Source of the DNA: Planctomycetota bacterium
GTDB taxonomy: Bacteria > Planctomycetota > UBA8108 > SXIK01
Direction: 5' to 3'
DNA: 64,000 nt
Assembly (NCBI GenBank): GCA_965223265.1
Contig: OZ244999.1
Span: 5,376,001 to 5,440,000, forward strand
Shown here in pieces: positions 37,885 to 48,001 of this stretch. Every line of letters starts with the position of its first letter. Within the stretch, counting starts at the first letter, position 1. The notes beneath the pieces are model-generated. The model ran no database searches, had not been told where the DNA came from, and was given only the letters and a program-made list of their open reading frames with translations. A program made the translations under genes and the position numbers.

Positions 37885-38370
37885 TCAATCCCCCGCAGCC
37901 GGCCGTAGCTCCTTGCTTCGGCGCGCCTCAGGGTGTGGATCCGCGCTTGCGAATCTCTGAACCTCTTCGTTGGACGTCCAGTCCATACGCGGACAGTCAC
38001 CCCATAGAAGTTCGAGGTCGTAGAACGCGCGACTCTCTTCTTCGAAGAGATGCACGACAACATCGACAAGGTCGACGAGCACCCACTTCCCGTCGCGATA
38101 CCCTTCGACGCCGAAGCGGCTGACGTCCGATTCCCGTAGGAACTGAAAGAGGCGCGTCGCCGCAGCCTTTAAATGGCGCGGGTTACGACCAGAAGCGATG
38201 ACAAAGTAGTCGGTGATCCGCAATGGAGAGCCGACCTTCAGCACGCGGATGTCATCCATTTTCGCCTCATCCAAAATCCGCGCGCACGCGGCGGCCAGTT
38301 CCGCCGTGTTCACAACCACCCGCGTATCCTGTCTACTGCTTTGCAAGAATCGCACCTCCTCCCGGCGCAC
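37885..38370 (-). CDS. rsfS: Ribosome silencing factor (start uncertain)
   Basis: TDYFVIASG, WVLVDLVDVVVHLF, RAFYDLELLW. Confidence 0.93.
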   Translation of the reverse strand: MRREEVRFLQSSRQDTRVVVNTAELAAACARILDEAKMDDIRVLKVGSPLRITDYFVIASGRNPRHLKAAATRLFQFLRESDVSRFGVEGYRDGKWVLVDLVDVVVHLFEEESRAFYDLELLWGDCPRMDWTSNEEVQRFASADPHPEARRSKELRPAAGD

Positions 38371-38661
38371 AACCGGGCTGAAGAATCTTCTCGGTCGCGA
38401 AGCAAGCGTTTCTCGCCCGCGCGACCCGACTCAGAAAACTTCGACGCATCTCGCGTGCCACAACCTGACTTCATGGTAGCACGAATTCGACGCCACTCCT
38501 CGCCGAGACGGGGAAGTGACGCGACAGATTCCTTACAACTTTCCACTGAACATCGTGGACATCTCTGCGGTCGCCGGTTCGTTTCGCTAACAATAATGCA
38601 AACAACGTGCGAACGAAAACTGCTACATTCCTCGACATCAGTCTGAGTATACTACCGGTGT

Positions 38662-40134
38662 ATGGCGACCTTGCGCGGAAAAAACGGGCAACTAGCAGGG
38701 AAAGTTTTTCCGCTCTTCACCCTGCCTCGCGCCACCATTCTTGGGCGTGACGAGGAAGCGGATGTCCCCATCGCGGATCCGCGCTCGTCCAGACGGCACG
38801 CCGAGATCTCGTATCGCCACGGCATCTGGAGTCTTCGCGATCTCGAATCGAGCAACGGCACTTTCGTCGGCGGGCAGCGCGTTAAGCAGCAGCAACTGGT
38901 CGACGGCGCCTCCGTGCGCATTGGCCACCAGATTTTCCAGTTCAGCGCCACCGAAATCTCTCCCACCGAGATCGAGACGTTTCAAGACGCACGACTTGGA
39001 AAAGCCGTGCGCGAGCGCGCGGGTGTCGTCACCTACTTCGCGGCCACGCCTGGCGCTGCCGAACTCAGCCGCGTGGACCATCTTCACTCTGCGTCTCGAG
39101 TTTTCGATCCGCTCCACGGCCATATCGAACGTGCCTGCGCGGCCGCCCGAACGATGCAAGGCGACGGGATTCACCTCATCTCTGCGTTCGCGTTCGACCC
39201 CAAAGCGAAGCGCGCGACCGTGCTGCTGAGGGGCGCGACAGACGACCTCGCGAGCCAGCTCGACGTGATTCGTGGCCTGCCTCTACCGGCGCGCCTGCAG
39301 CTGACCGTCGAGATCGCGTCTATTGTACTCCGGCGCGCATCCCGCCCAGAGCTGCGCTACCCGTTGAGCCTGCACCAAGTGTTCCTGCGGCAGGAGCCCG
39401 ATCGTCCGCGGGCTTCTGTCGCTGCGTTCGAGATGGGCGCGTTCGTCGCAGCGGTCAGCGGCTTCTGCTCTCACCTGCCGGAATTCACCGCGTTCTTGGC
39501 TCCCGAGCAACAGGATGACAAGCCTCCGGCGCCGGAGATCGCCTACGCTTCGGTCCTTTACAGCCTGGGCGCTCTCCTCTATCAGCTCCTGACGGGAGAA
39601 CCGCCCATGGGACGAGGGGACCATCAAAGCATTCTCGAACGACACAAAAGCAAAGAAATCACGAACCCGCTGGACCTCGTGCGGGAGCTTCCCGCGGAGG
39701 TCGGCGAGTTGTTGCGGCGTTTGCTCCACAAGGACGTTCGCCAGAGGGTGATTCCCGCTGCCGAGATCATCGCGACCCTTCGGCGAGCTTGTGAGATCGG
39801 CGCCGCAGAAGCACCGCCGTCTGCGCCGGACCCGCGATCGTCAAGTCGTCCAGAGGAGACTCCCGGCGCCGATCATCGCCCCGTCGCGGTGGACGCTCCT
39901 GCCGGTGGCCTCGCCCCCTCGCAACTCGAAGTTGGAGCGCTGATGCGAAGGGAAACCAAAGCAGACGACGCGCGCCTCGTGGCTAGCGGCGGTTCACACG
40001 TGGCGCCGGAGCATGCATCGGCGCGCTGGGTCTATCTACCGTTTTGGATCCTCGCCTGGATCTTTCTTTTCTTCGCATCCAAACAGATCACCCTCTGGTT
40101 CCTCGCTGCGAGCAGCTCAACACCAGCCGGTTGA
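38662..40134 (+). CDS. FHA domain plus inactive kinase-like domain, C-terminal TM
   Basis: LGR, SRRHA, DLESSNGT FHA motifs; APEQ and YSLGALLY kept but HRD and DFG absent. Confidence 0.85.
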   Translation: MATLRGKNGQLAGKVFPLFTLPRATILGRDEEADVPIADPRSSRRHAEISYRHGIWSLRDLESSNGTFVGGQRVKQQQLVDGASVRIGHQIFQFSATEISPTEIETFQDARLGKAVRERAGVVTYFAATPGAAELSRVDHLHSASRVFDPLHGHIERACAAARTMQGDGIHLISAFAFDPKAKRATVLLRGATDDLASQLDVIRGLPLPARLQLTVEIASIVLRRASRPELRYPLSLHQVFLRQEPDRPRASVAAFEMGAFVAAVSGFCSHLPEFTAFLAPEQQDDKPPAPEIAYASVLYSLGALLYQLLTGEPPMGRGDHQSILERHKSKEITNPLDLVRELPAEVGELLRRLLHKDVRQRVIPAAEIIATLRRACEIGAAEAPPSAPDPRSSSRPEETPGADHRPVAVDAPAGGLAPSQLEVGALMRRETKADDARLVASGGSHVAPEHASARWVYLPFWILAWIFLFFASKQITLWFLAASSSTPAG

Positions 40135-40349
40135 AAAAACGCCCCCGAGACGCGCGCGGACGCATGTGCGCCGCGACGGGATCGAACGCGGCGAAGAGGA
40201 ACGACCACGAAACTCCTCCGCCGGCGCAACGTTCTCTTCACCGGCGACGTGGGTGAGTGCTCCCGCTGACAAATTCTCCTGAATCCCATCTTCCCCGAGG
40301 CGTTCCCTCTTTCGTGGAGCTTGAAAACGCAGACACAGCAGGGGTGGGC

Positions 40350-40741
40350 TTCTTTGTTGCCTTCTCTTCGGAAACTCTTCTATTCTTAAACACAAGGCCG
40401 CAGGCGGACTTCTTTGTTGCCTCTGTTACCTCGAGTTTGGCCATTTCGCGCCGGCCTGGCCGGACGAGTTTCGCGGGAATTCAACGGCCCTTTCGACTTT
40501 GTCGTACCCTGAGAACCCTTGTGCATGTTCAAAAACTCCTGTCCGGCCCTTCGGGGAACGCCAGGAGCGCCGATGCCTGCGCCCGTCCTCCGCCACGACC
40601 CGAGCGGGATCGCGCCCGAGTCGCTCCTTGGCCTCGACGCTCCTGGCGCTGGCAGGCTCGACGCGAAATGGCCAAACTCGAGGTTACCTTCTGTTCGGAA
40701 ACTCTTCTGTTCTTAAACACAAAGCAACAGAGGCAGCGAAG
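40350..40741. repeat. REP-like hairpin with partial direct duplicate, interrupted by MITE B
   Basis: ccttct.ttcggaaactcttct.ttcttaaacacaa occurs at about 40360 and 40687; arms pair after removing the MITE. Confidence 0.65.
40429..40683. mobile_element. MITE family B full copy (255 bp)
   Basis: Perfect 22-bp TIR cctcgagtttggccatttcgcg; TTA on both flanks. Confidence 0.92.
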
Positions 40742-40807
40742 CGGGGCGTCTCGACGCTCGCTCCGTATTTCCCTTCCCAGTCGGGCGGATGGATTTTTCA
40801 ATGCCCA

Positions 40808-42208
40808 TTAGGGCAAGAAAGTGCACTTGCCATCGTTGCGCTCGGCGAGCGTCAGCACGAACTGACGCATCGCGCGGCTCCTCACCTGTTCGAAGCTGAT
40901 CGTATGTATACGGCAGCGACGGTAGCGGTTCAAGCTGTCGACCATTCGGACAATGCCGTCGACGGATATTGGCCGATTCTCCTCGTCCTGAGGTCGTCCA
41001 TCGGTCAAAAGGTAAACTGTGTCTGCTTCACGAAATTCAAATGCTCGCGCCAGCGCCGCGTCTGTTCGAGTCGCACCGATGGCGTTGAGACCAGCGACCC
41101 AAGCGACGGCGGCAGCCTTGGCTTCAGTCGTCGCGGGCTGCAGATTTGACACGCCACCCCAGACGCCAATCTCATGACTAAAGCTCACCACTCCGAACGA
41201 CACGCGTTCAGGAAGCCCTCGAATCAGGGAGATTAGTTCGTTCTTAACGCGATTGATACGGGCTCGCGATGGTGGCAGCTCCTCGGGCTTCGGCTGGTTT
41301 TTCTTGCGGCGGTCGACGGACGTACGCGGCTTCGGGTCCGTATCGGGCGACAACTCCTCATCACGCTTGAGCATGCTGTGCGAGACATCGATCACGAAAA
41401 GAACCCGATCCGAATTGATCGGCACAGAGAAAAAACTGGGGCCAACCGATGTTCGGCCACGCCGACGCCGCTTTTCCTGACGCGGCGGGAGCTTGCCGGA
41501 GTCGAGATCAGCTTTGAAGTCGCGAACGTATCGCCTCCAAGCAGCGGCTCCCTTGTAGCTGCGTCCCGTGATCTCTTTCAACGTCGAAACGAGATCGTGG
41601 TACCGGCGGTCACGCCGCTCTTTCGGCTCGAGTCTCTCCAGCAGCTCGACCAACGGCTCGACAGACTCGGCTCGCCGCAGCTGCCGTAGTCTTAGAAGCG
41701 CGTAAAAGACAACGGAGGGCGACGGATCACTTAGGGCAGGGTGAAGCACGTCGAGAGCTGCGACGTGGTCCGTTCCTTCCGCCGCGAGCGAAAGCAACGC
41801 GATGCGGGCGCGGTAGTTGCGATGTTTCGTCGCCTGCAGGCGAACCAAGTTCAGGATCTTGGGATCTGTGATTTGCTGCAGTCGCCGCATGGTCTCGGCC
41901 TCGACCGCAGCCGAGGTGCCGAGGAACGCGTACCTGAGAAGAGCCTCGAACGATTCCGTAGACGAGATTTCGACGAGCTTCTCGACGACCTTCAACGCCT
42001 CTTGATCATCTCTGGCCTGCATCGCCAAACGGAGAGACCTGGCGAGTCGACCGACGTGACTCTTTTCCTTCTTCGACGCCCCTGACACGGGCGACACGGC
42101 AAAGATGCCCAGCAGCGACACACAAAGTAGAGCGAGGAACGCCGCACAGAGTCGAGCGCCGCGGCACCGCTCCGGGGCGCTTCCGTATGCATCATTCGGA
42201 CGGCCCAT
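40808..42208 (-). CDS. Exported HEAT-repeat plus vWA domain protein
   Basis: Signal peptide, HEAT-like helices, MIDAS DVSHS, T, LLTDG; start uncertain. Confidence 0.8.
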   Translation of the reverse strand: MGRPNDAYGSAPERCRGARLCAAFLALLCVSLLGIFAVSPVSGASKKEKSHVGRLARSLRLAMQARDDQEALKVVEKLVEISSTESFEALLRYAFLGTSAAVEAETMRRLQQITDPKILNLVRLQATKHRNYRARIALLSLAAEGTDHVAALDVLHPALSDPSPSVVFYALLRLRQLRRAESVEPLVELLERLEPKERRDRRYHDLVSTLKEITGRSYKGAAAWRRYVRDFKADLDSGKLPPRQEKRRRRGRTSVGPSFFSVPINSDRVLFVIDVSHSMLKRDEELSPDTDPKPRTSVDRRKKNQPKPEELPPSRARINRVKNELISLIRGLPERVSFGVVSFSHEIGVWGGVSNLQPATTEAKAAAVAWVAGLNAIGATRTDAALARAFEFREADTVYLLTDGRPQDEENRPISVDGIVRMVDSLNRYRRCRIHTISFEQVRSRAMRQFVLTLAERNDGKCTFLP

Positions 42209-42640
42209 CGAGACCGCACGTTCTCCCGCGTCGACGTTGGCCGCGTTCACTCCCAACGCGTAGGGAGGACGACGCGCTGCCGCGACCCAAAATGCGCCCG
42301 AGGGCCGTAAACGCGCCCGAGTAGCGTCGGTCGACCATGGATGTTCGGAACTCTCTCTGAGCGCGCCAGCCGTCACGTCCTGTTCCGTCAGTGGATCGAG
42401 AGACATACCTTCTCCTGAAACTCGCTCAAGTTTCCGATCTGCACTCGTTCCATCACCAGGGAAACGCATCACATCGCGTCACGTCACCCGTTTTCGCCGC
42501 CGTCCCCCAGCAATGAGCTCCGGCATCGGCCTGGCCACCGCCCAACAGCGGTAGGTCTCAGCTCGAAACGGCGTGCTTCGGCTCGACGGAACTCCTCAGA
42601 TACAGATGGCCTGGGTACGCTCGCTCTCTGACTCTCTTAA

Positions 42641-42799
42641 CAGCCCGTTGAAAAAGTCATTCGGCCGAGAAACTGGCCTCTTCACGCCCAGATCGACCGC
42701 GGCGAGCCTCGAAAATCTCGGAGATTACCTACGTTCGCCGCGGCCGATCTGGACGCGAAGCGACCAGTTTTCGACTCGAAGCACTTTTTCAACAGGCTG
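42641..42799. mobile_element. MITE family A short variant (159 bp)
   Basis: Same TIRs as 13882 copy; TTAA at 42637-42640 and 42800-42803. Confidence 0.9.
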
Positions 42800-43028
42800 T
42801 TAATCATCCTAACGCCTCCGTCCGAAAACGTGAACGGACGATATGGGATCAACTTTGGCCGGTACTCCTGGAATGTCCTATTCTTCGGTGAACGATTATT
42901 TAGAGATCTTAGATCAAGCCCAGGCGCAATAACCCTCCCCGAGTCGACAGATTCGGCGCCGACGCCGGTAAGTGAGTCTCCCTTCCCGGCGTGAGGCGCC
43001 CTTGCGAGCTCAGGTGCAGCGAACCTCG

Positions 43029-46000
43029 ATGGACCTCTTCAAGCTACTGATGCAGCAAATCGAACGGCAAAGCGTGGGAACGCTGACGCTAGGCCGAATG
43101 AAGAGATTCCGTGAGATCTTCTTCGACCGAGACGCGGTCTATCTCGCAGGCAATGAGTTTGCCGGCAAGGTCGAATTCGACTCTCTCTTGTCCTCGACTC
43201 GCGTGCTCGAGAAAATCGACGTAGCTTCGCTTGAAGCGATCATCCTGAGCACCGACTTGAATCGCCATCTGCTTGCTCAGGTGCTTTTGGACCAGGGGCT
43301 GATCGATGCGGGTGAAGTGAAACCGCTGGCCGAAGCGCAATTGATGGAGGAATTTCTCCACCTCTTCGCGCGCGATGGTGGCTCGTTTCACTACCAGGAG
43401 GGGAGAGTTCCGGAGTGTCTCCTACAATACGACGCGATCCACACCCAAACCCCGGTGTCCCTGACTCGACTGGTCGAAGCGCTCGGGCAACGCCTCGAGT
43501 TCATGAAGAAATGCAGCGAGATCATTCCGTCCGTTGAGGAAACCTTTGTCATCACCGAGAAGGGGATGGCCTACAAGCAGTCAAACTCGGAAGACTTCGT
43601 CCTCCAGAGAATCTTCGGAATGATTGACGGCTTTCGCGATCTCAGTACGATCCTCGCCGACTCGTTTTTCTTTGAGCCGGTCATCTTGAGCACGATCTAC
43701 CAAGCCCTGGAGAACGGACATCTCAAGAAGGCTCGGATCCCGGAGCTGAACAATCTCCAGCCCGCCGGCTTCACACGAGACGAAGCGGCCCGGCACTTGC
43801 CGATCTTCAAAAACGCGGTCCGCCACGGCGTCGACGAACTTGGCGCACGTGGGAAGCTGGCCATCGTCTACGAAAAACTGGGAATGGTGGACGATGCGGT
43901 CATTCAGTACAACTTCATTGGCGACGCGCTGTTCCGGATGAATAAGGCGGGCAAGGCGATCAAGGCATATCAAGCCGCCCTCGCACTCAAACCCGGTGAA
44001 CAGCTTCTCACCGACAAGATCACGGAGATCTACATTTCCGCTGCGGAGGACGAACACGCCAGTGGCAACGTTGATCAATCGGTACAACTTCTCATCGGCG
44101 CCTTGAAGCTCCGTCCCGATGACGAGGTAGTTGGAGCCCGCGTCGTGCAGATTCTTGGAGATCACGGCCGGTTCGATGAACTGGATCGTATCTGCAGTAC
44201 CCTTCTAGGTGCACGGAAGAGCGAGAAGCAGCTCAAGGCCGCTCTGTGCTTGCTGGAAAGTGCGGTCGGTCGGCATCCAACTCACACCGGAATGCGCAAA
44301 CAGCTCATCAACCTCTACGTTGATTTACGGATGCCTGAGTCGGCCATTGAGCACATGGAGGTGCTCGCGAAGGCATTCGCAGACAAGGGAGACGTGGCAC
44401 GAGCTCAAGATCTTCTCGTGAAGATTCAGCGACTCGAGGGAACAACCCGGGCGCCAACGCGAGTCAGCTCCAAGATTCTGCAGAAAAAGAAAGGTCGCCG
44501 CAGCTCTACCCGAAAGAGCCGAGTCAAGAGAGTCGCCCTATGGATCTTTCTCCTAGTCTTCATGGCGTACCAAGCCTGGTCGTTCATGAACTGGAACGTG
44601 GTGAGTGAACGATTCGCCCTGCCCGGAATCCTTGCACCACGGTCAGTCAACGCTAAGTCCCTGGTCGAATCCCTTCCCGAAGAGCAGCGGGATGCTCTGC
44701 AGATCGTACCAGCGTCGACGGAACTGCGCTTCCGCAACTTGATTCTGGCATGCGACCGCTTCATGTACAAGCACCCTGCGAGCCTCTTCTCTCTGCAAGC
44801 AAAGTCGTTCCGGGATTGGGCGCGGACGAACATCAGGCTCCTCGAGAGACTGCGTGAGACGAACAAGCAACGGATCCTAGACGACGCACACGAGGACTTC
44901 GAAGAACAGGGGGATGTCGACCGGGCGACCTCGTTGCTGGCACAGCTCTTCACGTTGCCCGACAGTGACCCTTTCCACGGCAAGGCCCTACAACTGAAAG
45001 CCGAATTCGCTCGCCGCCGCGTGCCGTCAGCCACGGAAGTCGTTCGGCGAGCGGAGAAGTTCACCGCCATCGGCCAGTACGACAGCGCAAGCGAGCAATT
45101 AAGAGAACTCGCGTCGAGGTACCCCAATTCCGAAGCCGCAAAGAGCGCAACCGTCCCTCTACGAGTCATCTCCGTCCCGAGTGGTGCAAAGGTCTTCGAA
45201 CACGGCAAGGACGAACCGGTCGGCACTACGCCTTGTGTTGTCAGGATTCCGCTGCAGATTGACTCGATGATTCTGCACCTAAAGCGCAGCGGCTTTTCGG
45301 ACGTCTCCGAATTCGTGACCTCAGAAAAACTCTTTGAGTATCACGGCAAGATCGTTCGCGCTCTTGGACGGAGTAAGACCCGGGAGATCGCGACGCGACA
45401 CCCCGCCCACAAAACGCCAATCATCTCACAGAACTTCGCGCAGAACCTCGTTTTTTGGGGCGACAATCGCGGATCACTGTTGTGGTTTCGCCTGGGCGAT
45501 AGCGCTTCCGTGCGACAAAGATTCGTCACGAGCGGTGGCAACGTACGTCATGCGCCAACCTTGGGAGATGACGCGCTGTACTCGCTCTGGGAAGACGGCA
45601 AAATCCGCCGCCTGCCCTATGAGGAGCTCACCAGGATGAATCCGCGCGTGCAAACATTCGCTCTCAATCAACTTTCCTCGACGAACCTTTGTCGCATTCC
45701 GAAACGGCGCCTCGTGCTCACAGCTACGGATGGCCAAATCCATGCAGTCGACAGTGGCGGCATTCGCTCGCTCTTATCACGACGCAAAGAGTCGACCCTC
45801 GCTGAGCTGCGCCGTCCGACCGTGCTTCGATACAACGAGTTGCAAGATCAAATCGTCGTGGCCGATCGCCAGGGATTCATTCGCGGTTTCAAAATCCGCA
45901 GCAGTGGCCCTCGCCACTTCTTCTCTCCGACCTGGAGCCGCCACATCAGCGACGAAGCAGTGACTGCGCTTTACATCTCGGACCATGTTGTCGTGGCCAA

Positions 46001-46439
46001 GTCAGGCAGTGAGCTTCACCTCGCCCCCCTCGAGGAAGGGAAGCCAGTCAGTCGCACGGCAGCAAGCTGGAAGACAGTGGCGGCACCGAGCGCTTATTGC
46101 GTCCACGCTTCAGGTGCTGTCTTTACGTGGTCAAAAAAGAGTGGCCTGCGGCGCCACGGCGTCGACCGCACAGATGACGCTCCCCCGCCCGAACTCACCG
46201 AGATCATAGGCGCCCAAGAGCTCGAACGCCTGATCGCCATGCCGCGCTCAATCGCAGCTCTCTACCAAGCAGCAAACGAGCTCGGAGAGCGCGTGCACCG
46301 CGTGCTCTTCTTCGACATCGAGACGTTCCAACCGCAATGGGCCATCGATTGTCCAACCGCGCCGCTACACGTTTCGGGGGATGAAAAGTGGGTTGTCGTC
46401 GCAGAGGAGGCCACACTCAGCCTCTACGAATGGCCGTAG
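43029..46439 (+). CDS. Large membrane protein: DUF4388-like domain, TPRs, TM, PEGA-like and beta-propeller-like regions
   Basis: N-terminal LMQQ...GTLTL pattern, TPR helices, single TM, VISVPSGAKV...GTTP PEGA-like motif. Confidence 0.75.
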   Translation: MDLFKLLMQQIERQSVGTLTLGRMKRFREIFFDRDAVYLAGNEFAGKVEFDSLLSSTRVLEKIDVASLEAIILSTDLNRHLLAQVLLDQGLIDAGEVKPLAEAQLMEEFLHLFARDGGSFHYQEGRVPECLLQYDAIHTQTPVSLTRLVEALGQRLEFMKKCSEIIPSVEETFVITEKGMAYKQSNSEDFVLQRIFGMIDGFRDLSTILADSFFFEPVILSTIYQALENGHLKKARIPELNNLQPAGFTRDEAARHLPIFKNAVRHGVDELGARGKLAIVYEKLGMVDDAVIQYNFIGDALFRMNKAGKAIKAYQAALALKPGEQLLTDKITEIYISAAEDEHASGNVDQSVQLLIGALKLRPDDEVVGARVVQILGDHGRFDELDRICSTLLGARKSEKQLKAALCLLESAVGRHPTHTGMRKQLINLYVDLRMPESAIEHMEVLAKAFADKGDVARAQDLLVKIQRLEGTTRAPTRVSSKILQKKKGRRSSTRKSRVKRVALWIFLLVFMAYQAWSFMNWNVVSERFALPGILAPRSVNAKSLVESLPEEQRDALQIVPASTELRFRNLILACDRFMYKHPASLFSLQAKSFRDWARTNIRLLERLRETNKQRILDDAHEDFEEQGDVDRATSLLAQLFTLPDSDPFHGKALQLKAEFARRRVPSATEVVRRAEKFTAIGQYDSASEQLRELASRYPNSEAAKSATVPLRVISVPSGAKVFEHGKDEPVGTTPCVVRIPLQIDSMILHLKRSGFSDVSEFVTSEKLFEYHGKIVRALGRSKTREIATRHPAHKTPIISQNFAQNLVFWGDNRGSLLWFRLGDSASVRQRFVTSGGNVRHAPTLGDDALYSLWEDGKIRRLPYEELTRMNPRVQTFALNQLSSTNLCRIPKRRLVLTATDGQIHAVDSGGIRSLLSRRKESTLAELRRPTVLRYNELQDQIVVADRQGFIRGFKIRSSGPRHFFSPTWSRHISDEAVTALYISDHVVVAKSGSELHLAPLEEGKPVSRTAASWKTVAAPSAYCVHASGAVFTWSKKSGLRRHGVDRTDDAPPPELTEIIGAQELERLIAMPRSIAALYQAANELGERVHRVLFFDIETFQPQWAIDCPTAPLHVSGDEKWVVVAEEATLSLYEWP

Positions 46440-46535
46440 TCAAACGCTCGAGGGGCGACGAGCGAAGGGTTGACCCATTCGGCGGCGGACGCCCCGAAGA
46501 AGCAGAACGCCCCTTGGATCGGTCAACTCTGCCGC

Positions 46536-47999
46536 CTACGAGTTGATGATTTCGTCGAGTAGCTTGGCCACCAGACCGGGGTTCGCCTTGCCTTTCGTCG
46601 CCCGCATCACTTGGCCAACGAGGAAATTGACCGAGTTCTTCTTTCCTTCGCGAACGTCGTTGACGGCGCTTGGCTGCGACTTGATGACCTCTTCGACGGC
46701 CGCGCGCAAAACTTGATCGTCGCTGATTTGCCCGAGTCCCAGCTCGTCGATCACGACGTCGACCGCCTTGTCGTTGCCGAGCATCCCTTTGAACACATCA
46801 CGCGCCTTCTGCTTGCTCACGGCACCGGTGGTCGAGGCCTTGATTACGCTGGCCAAACGCTGCGGGCTGATTCCGATCGCTCCTGCGTCAACACCGCGAG
46901 CGTTCATCTCTTCGCGTACGTTGTTGACGAGCCAGTTGGCGATCTCTTGCGGCTCGTCGAGCTCGCTCCGGCAAGCGTCGAAGAAAAGCGCCAAGCTCGG
47001 GTCGCGCACGATGACATCTGCGTGGTAATACGACAAACCGAGATCGGTCTGCAGTCGATCGAGACGCGCGTTCGGCAGCTCCGGCAAACCCGCGCGCACT
47101 TCCTCGACCCAAGCTCGGTCGAACTCGAGCGGAACGAGGTCGGGGTCAGGAAAATAGCGATAGTCTTGCGCCTCTTCCTTACCGCGCATAGGGCGCGTCA
47201 CACCTCTATCCGGGTCAAACAAACGAGTCTCTTGCACGACAGAGGAGCCACTGCTTCGCAGCTTGATCTGTCGCTCGATTTCGTACGCGAGCGCGCTTTC
47301 CACGTTGGAAAACGAGTTGAGATTCTTGATTTCGCAGCGCGTCTCGAGTGCGTCACTACCGCGAGGCCGAATCGACACGTTCACATCGCATCGCAGCGAT
47401 CCTTCCTCCATGTTGCAATCGGAAACGCCCAAGTAGAGCATGGTCAATCGCAGCATGCGGAGATAGGCGCCGGACTCGTCAGGGGTTCGCAAGTCGGGTT
47501 CGGAAACAATCTCCATGAGAGGAACGCCAGCTCGGTTGAGATCAACCCAGCTCTCCGGCGCCCCTTCGGCATGGATGTTCTTGCCGGCGTCCTCTTCGAG
47601 ATGAATGCGTGTCAGGCCAATCGTCCGCGTCACGTCGTCGACTCGAATTTCGATGCCCCCACCACGGCAGAGTGGCAGATCGAACTGTGAAATCTGGTAG
47701 TTCTTCGGCAGGTCCGGATAGTAGTAGTTCTTTCGATCGAACTTACTGACTGGATCGATCTCGCATCCACACGCCAAACCAGCGCGAATTGTGGACTCGA
47801 CCGCGGCACGGTTGATGACGGGAAGTGAACCGGGAAGCGCAAGACACACGGGGCACGTGAGAGCATTCGGGTCTGCACCGAAACGGTTCTCGCAGCCGCA
47901 AAACATCTTCGTTTTCGTGCTCAACTGGACGTGGACTTCAAGCCCAATCACCGCCTCGAAAGGCGTCCCTGTCGTCGGGTCGGTTGACTTCGTCGCCAT
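46536..47999 (-). CDS. gatB: Asp/Glu-tRNA amidotransferase subunit B
   Basis: IGLEVHVQL, DRKNYYYPDLPK, HLEEDAGK, DYRYFPDPDL. Confidence 0.98.
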   Translation of the reverse strand: MATKSTDPTTGTPFEAVIGLEVHVQLSTKTKMFCGCENRFGADPNALTCPVCLALPGSLPVINRAAVESTIRAGLACGCEIDPVSKFDRKNYYYPDLPKNYQISQFDLPLCRGGGIEIRVDDVTRTIGLTRIHLEEDAGKNIHAEGAPESWVDLNRAGVPLMEIVSEPDLRTPDESGAYLRMLRLTMLYLGVSDCNMEEGSLRCDVNVSIRPRGSDALETRCEIKNLNSFSNVESALAYEIERQIKLRSSGSSVVQETRLFDPDRGVTRPMRGKEEAQDYRYFPDPDLVPLEFDRAWVEEVRAGLPELPNARLDRLQTDLGLSYYHADVIVRDPSLALFFDACRSELDEPQEIANWLVNNVREEMNARGVDAGAIGISPQRLASVIKASTTGAVSKQKARDVFKGMLGNDKAVDVVIDELGLGQISDDQVLRAAVEEVIKSQPSAVNDVREGKKNSVNFLVGQVMRATKGKANPGLVAKLLDEIINS

Positions 48000-48001
48000 C
48001 G

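Noticed and set aside
40238-40811. ORFs overlapping MITEs, including those starting MAKLEV (also 58024, 62062-62846, 13889-14384, 42573)
   Set aside because: They are translations of the repeat itself; no transposase motifs; the TIR ATG at 50516 is out of frame with the DUF4416-like gene
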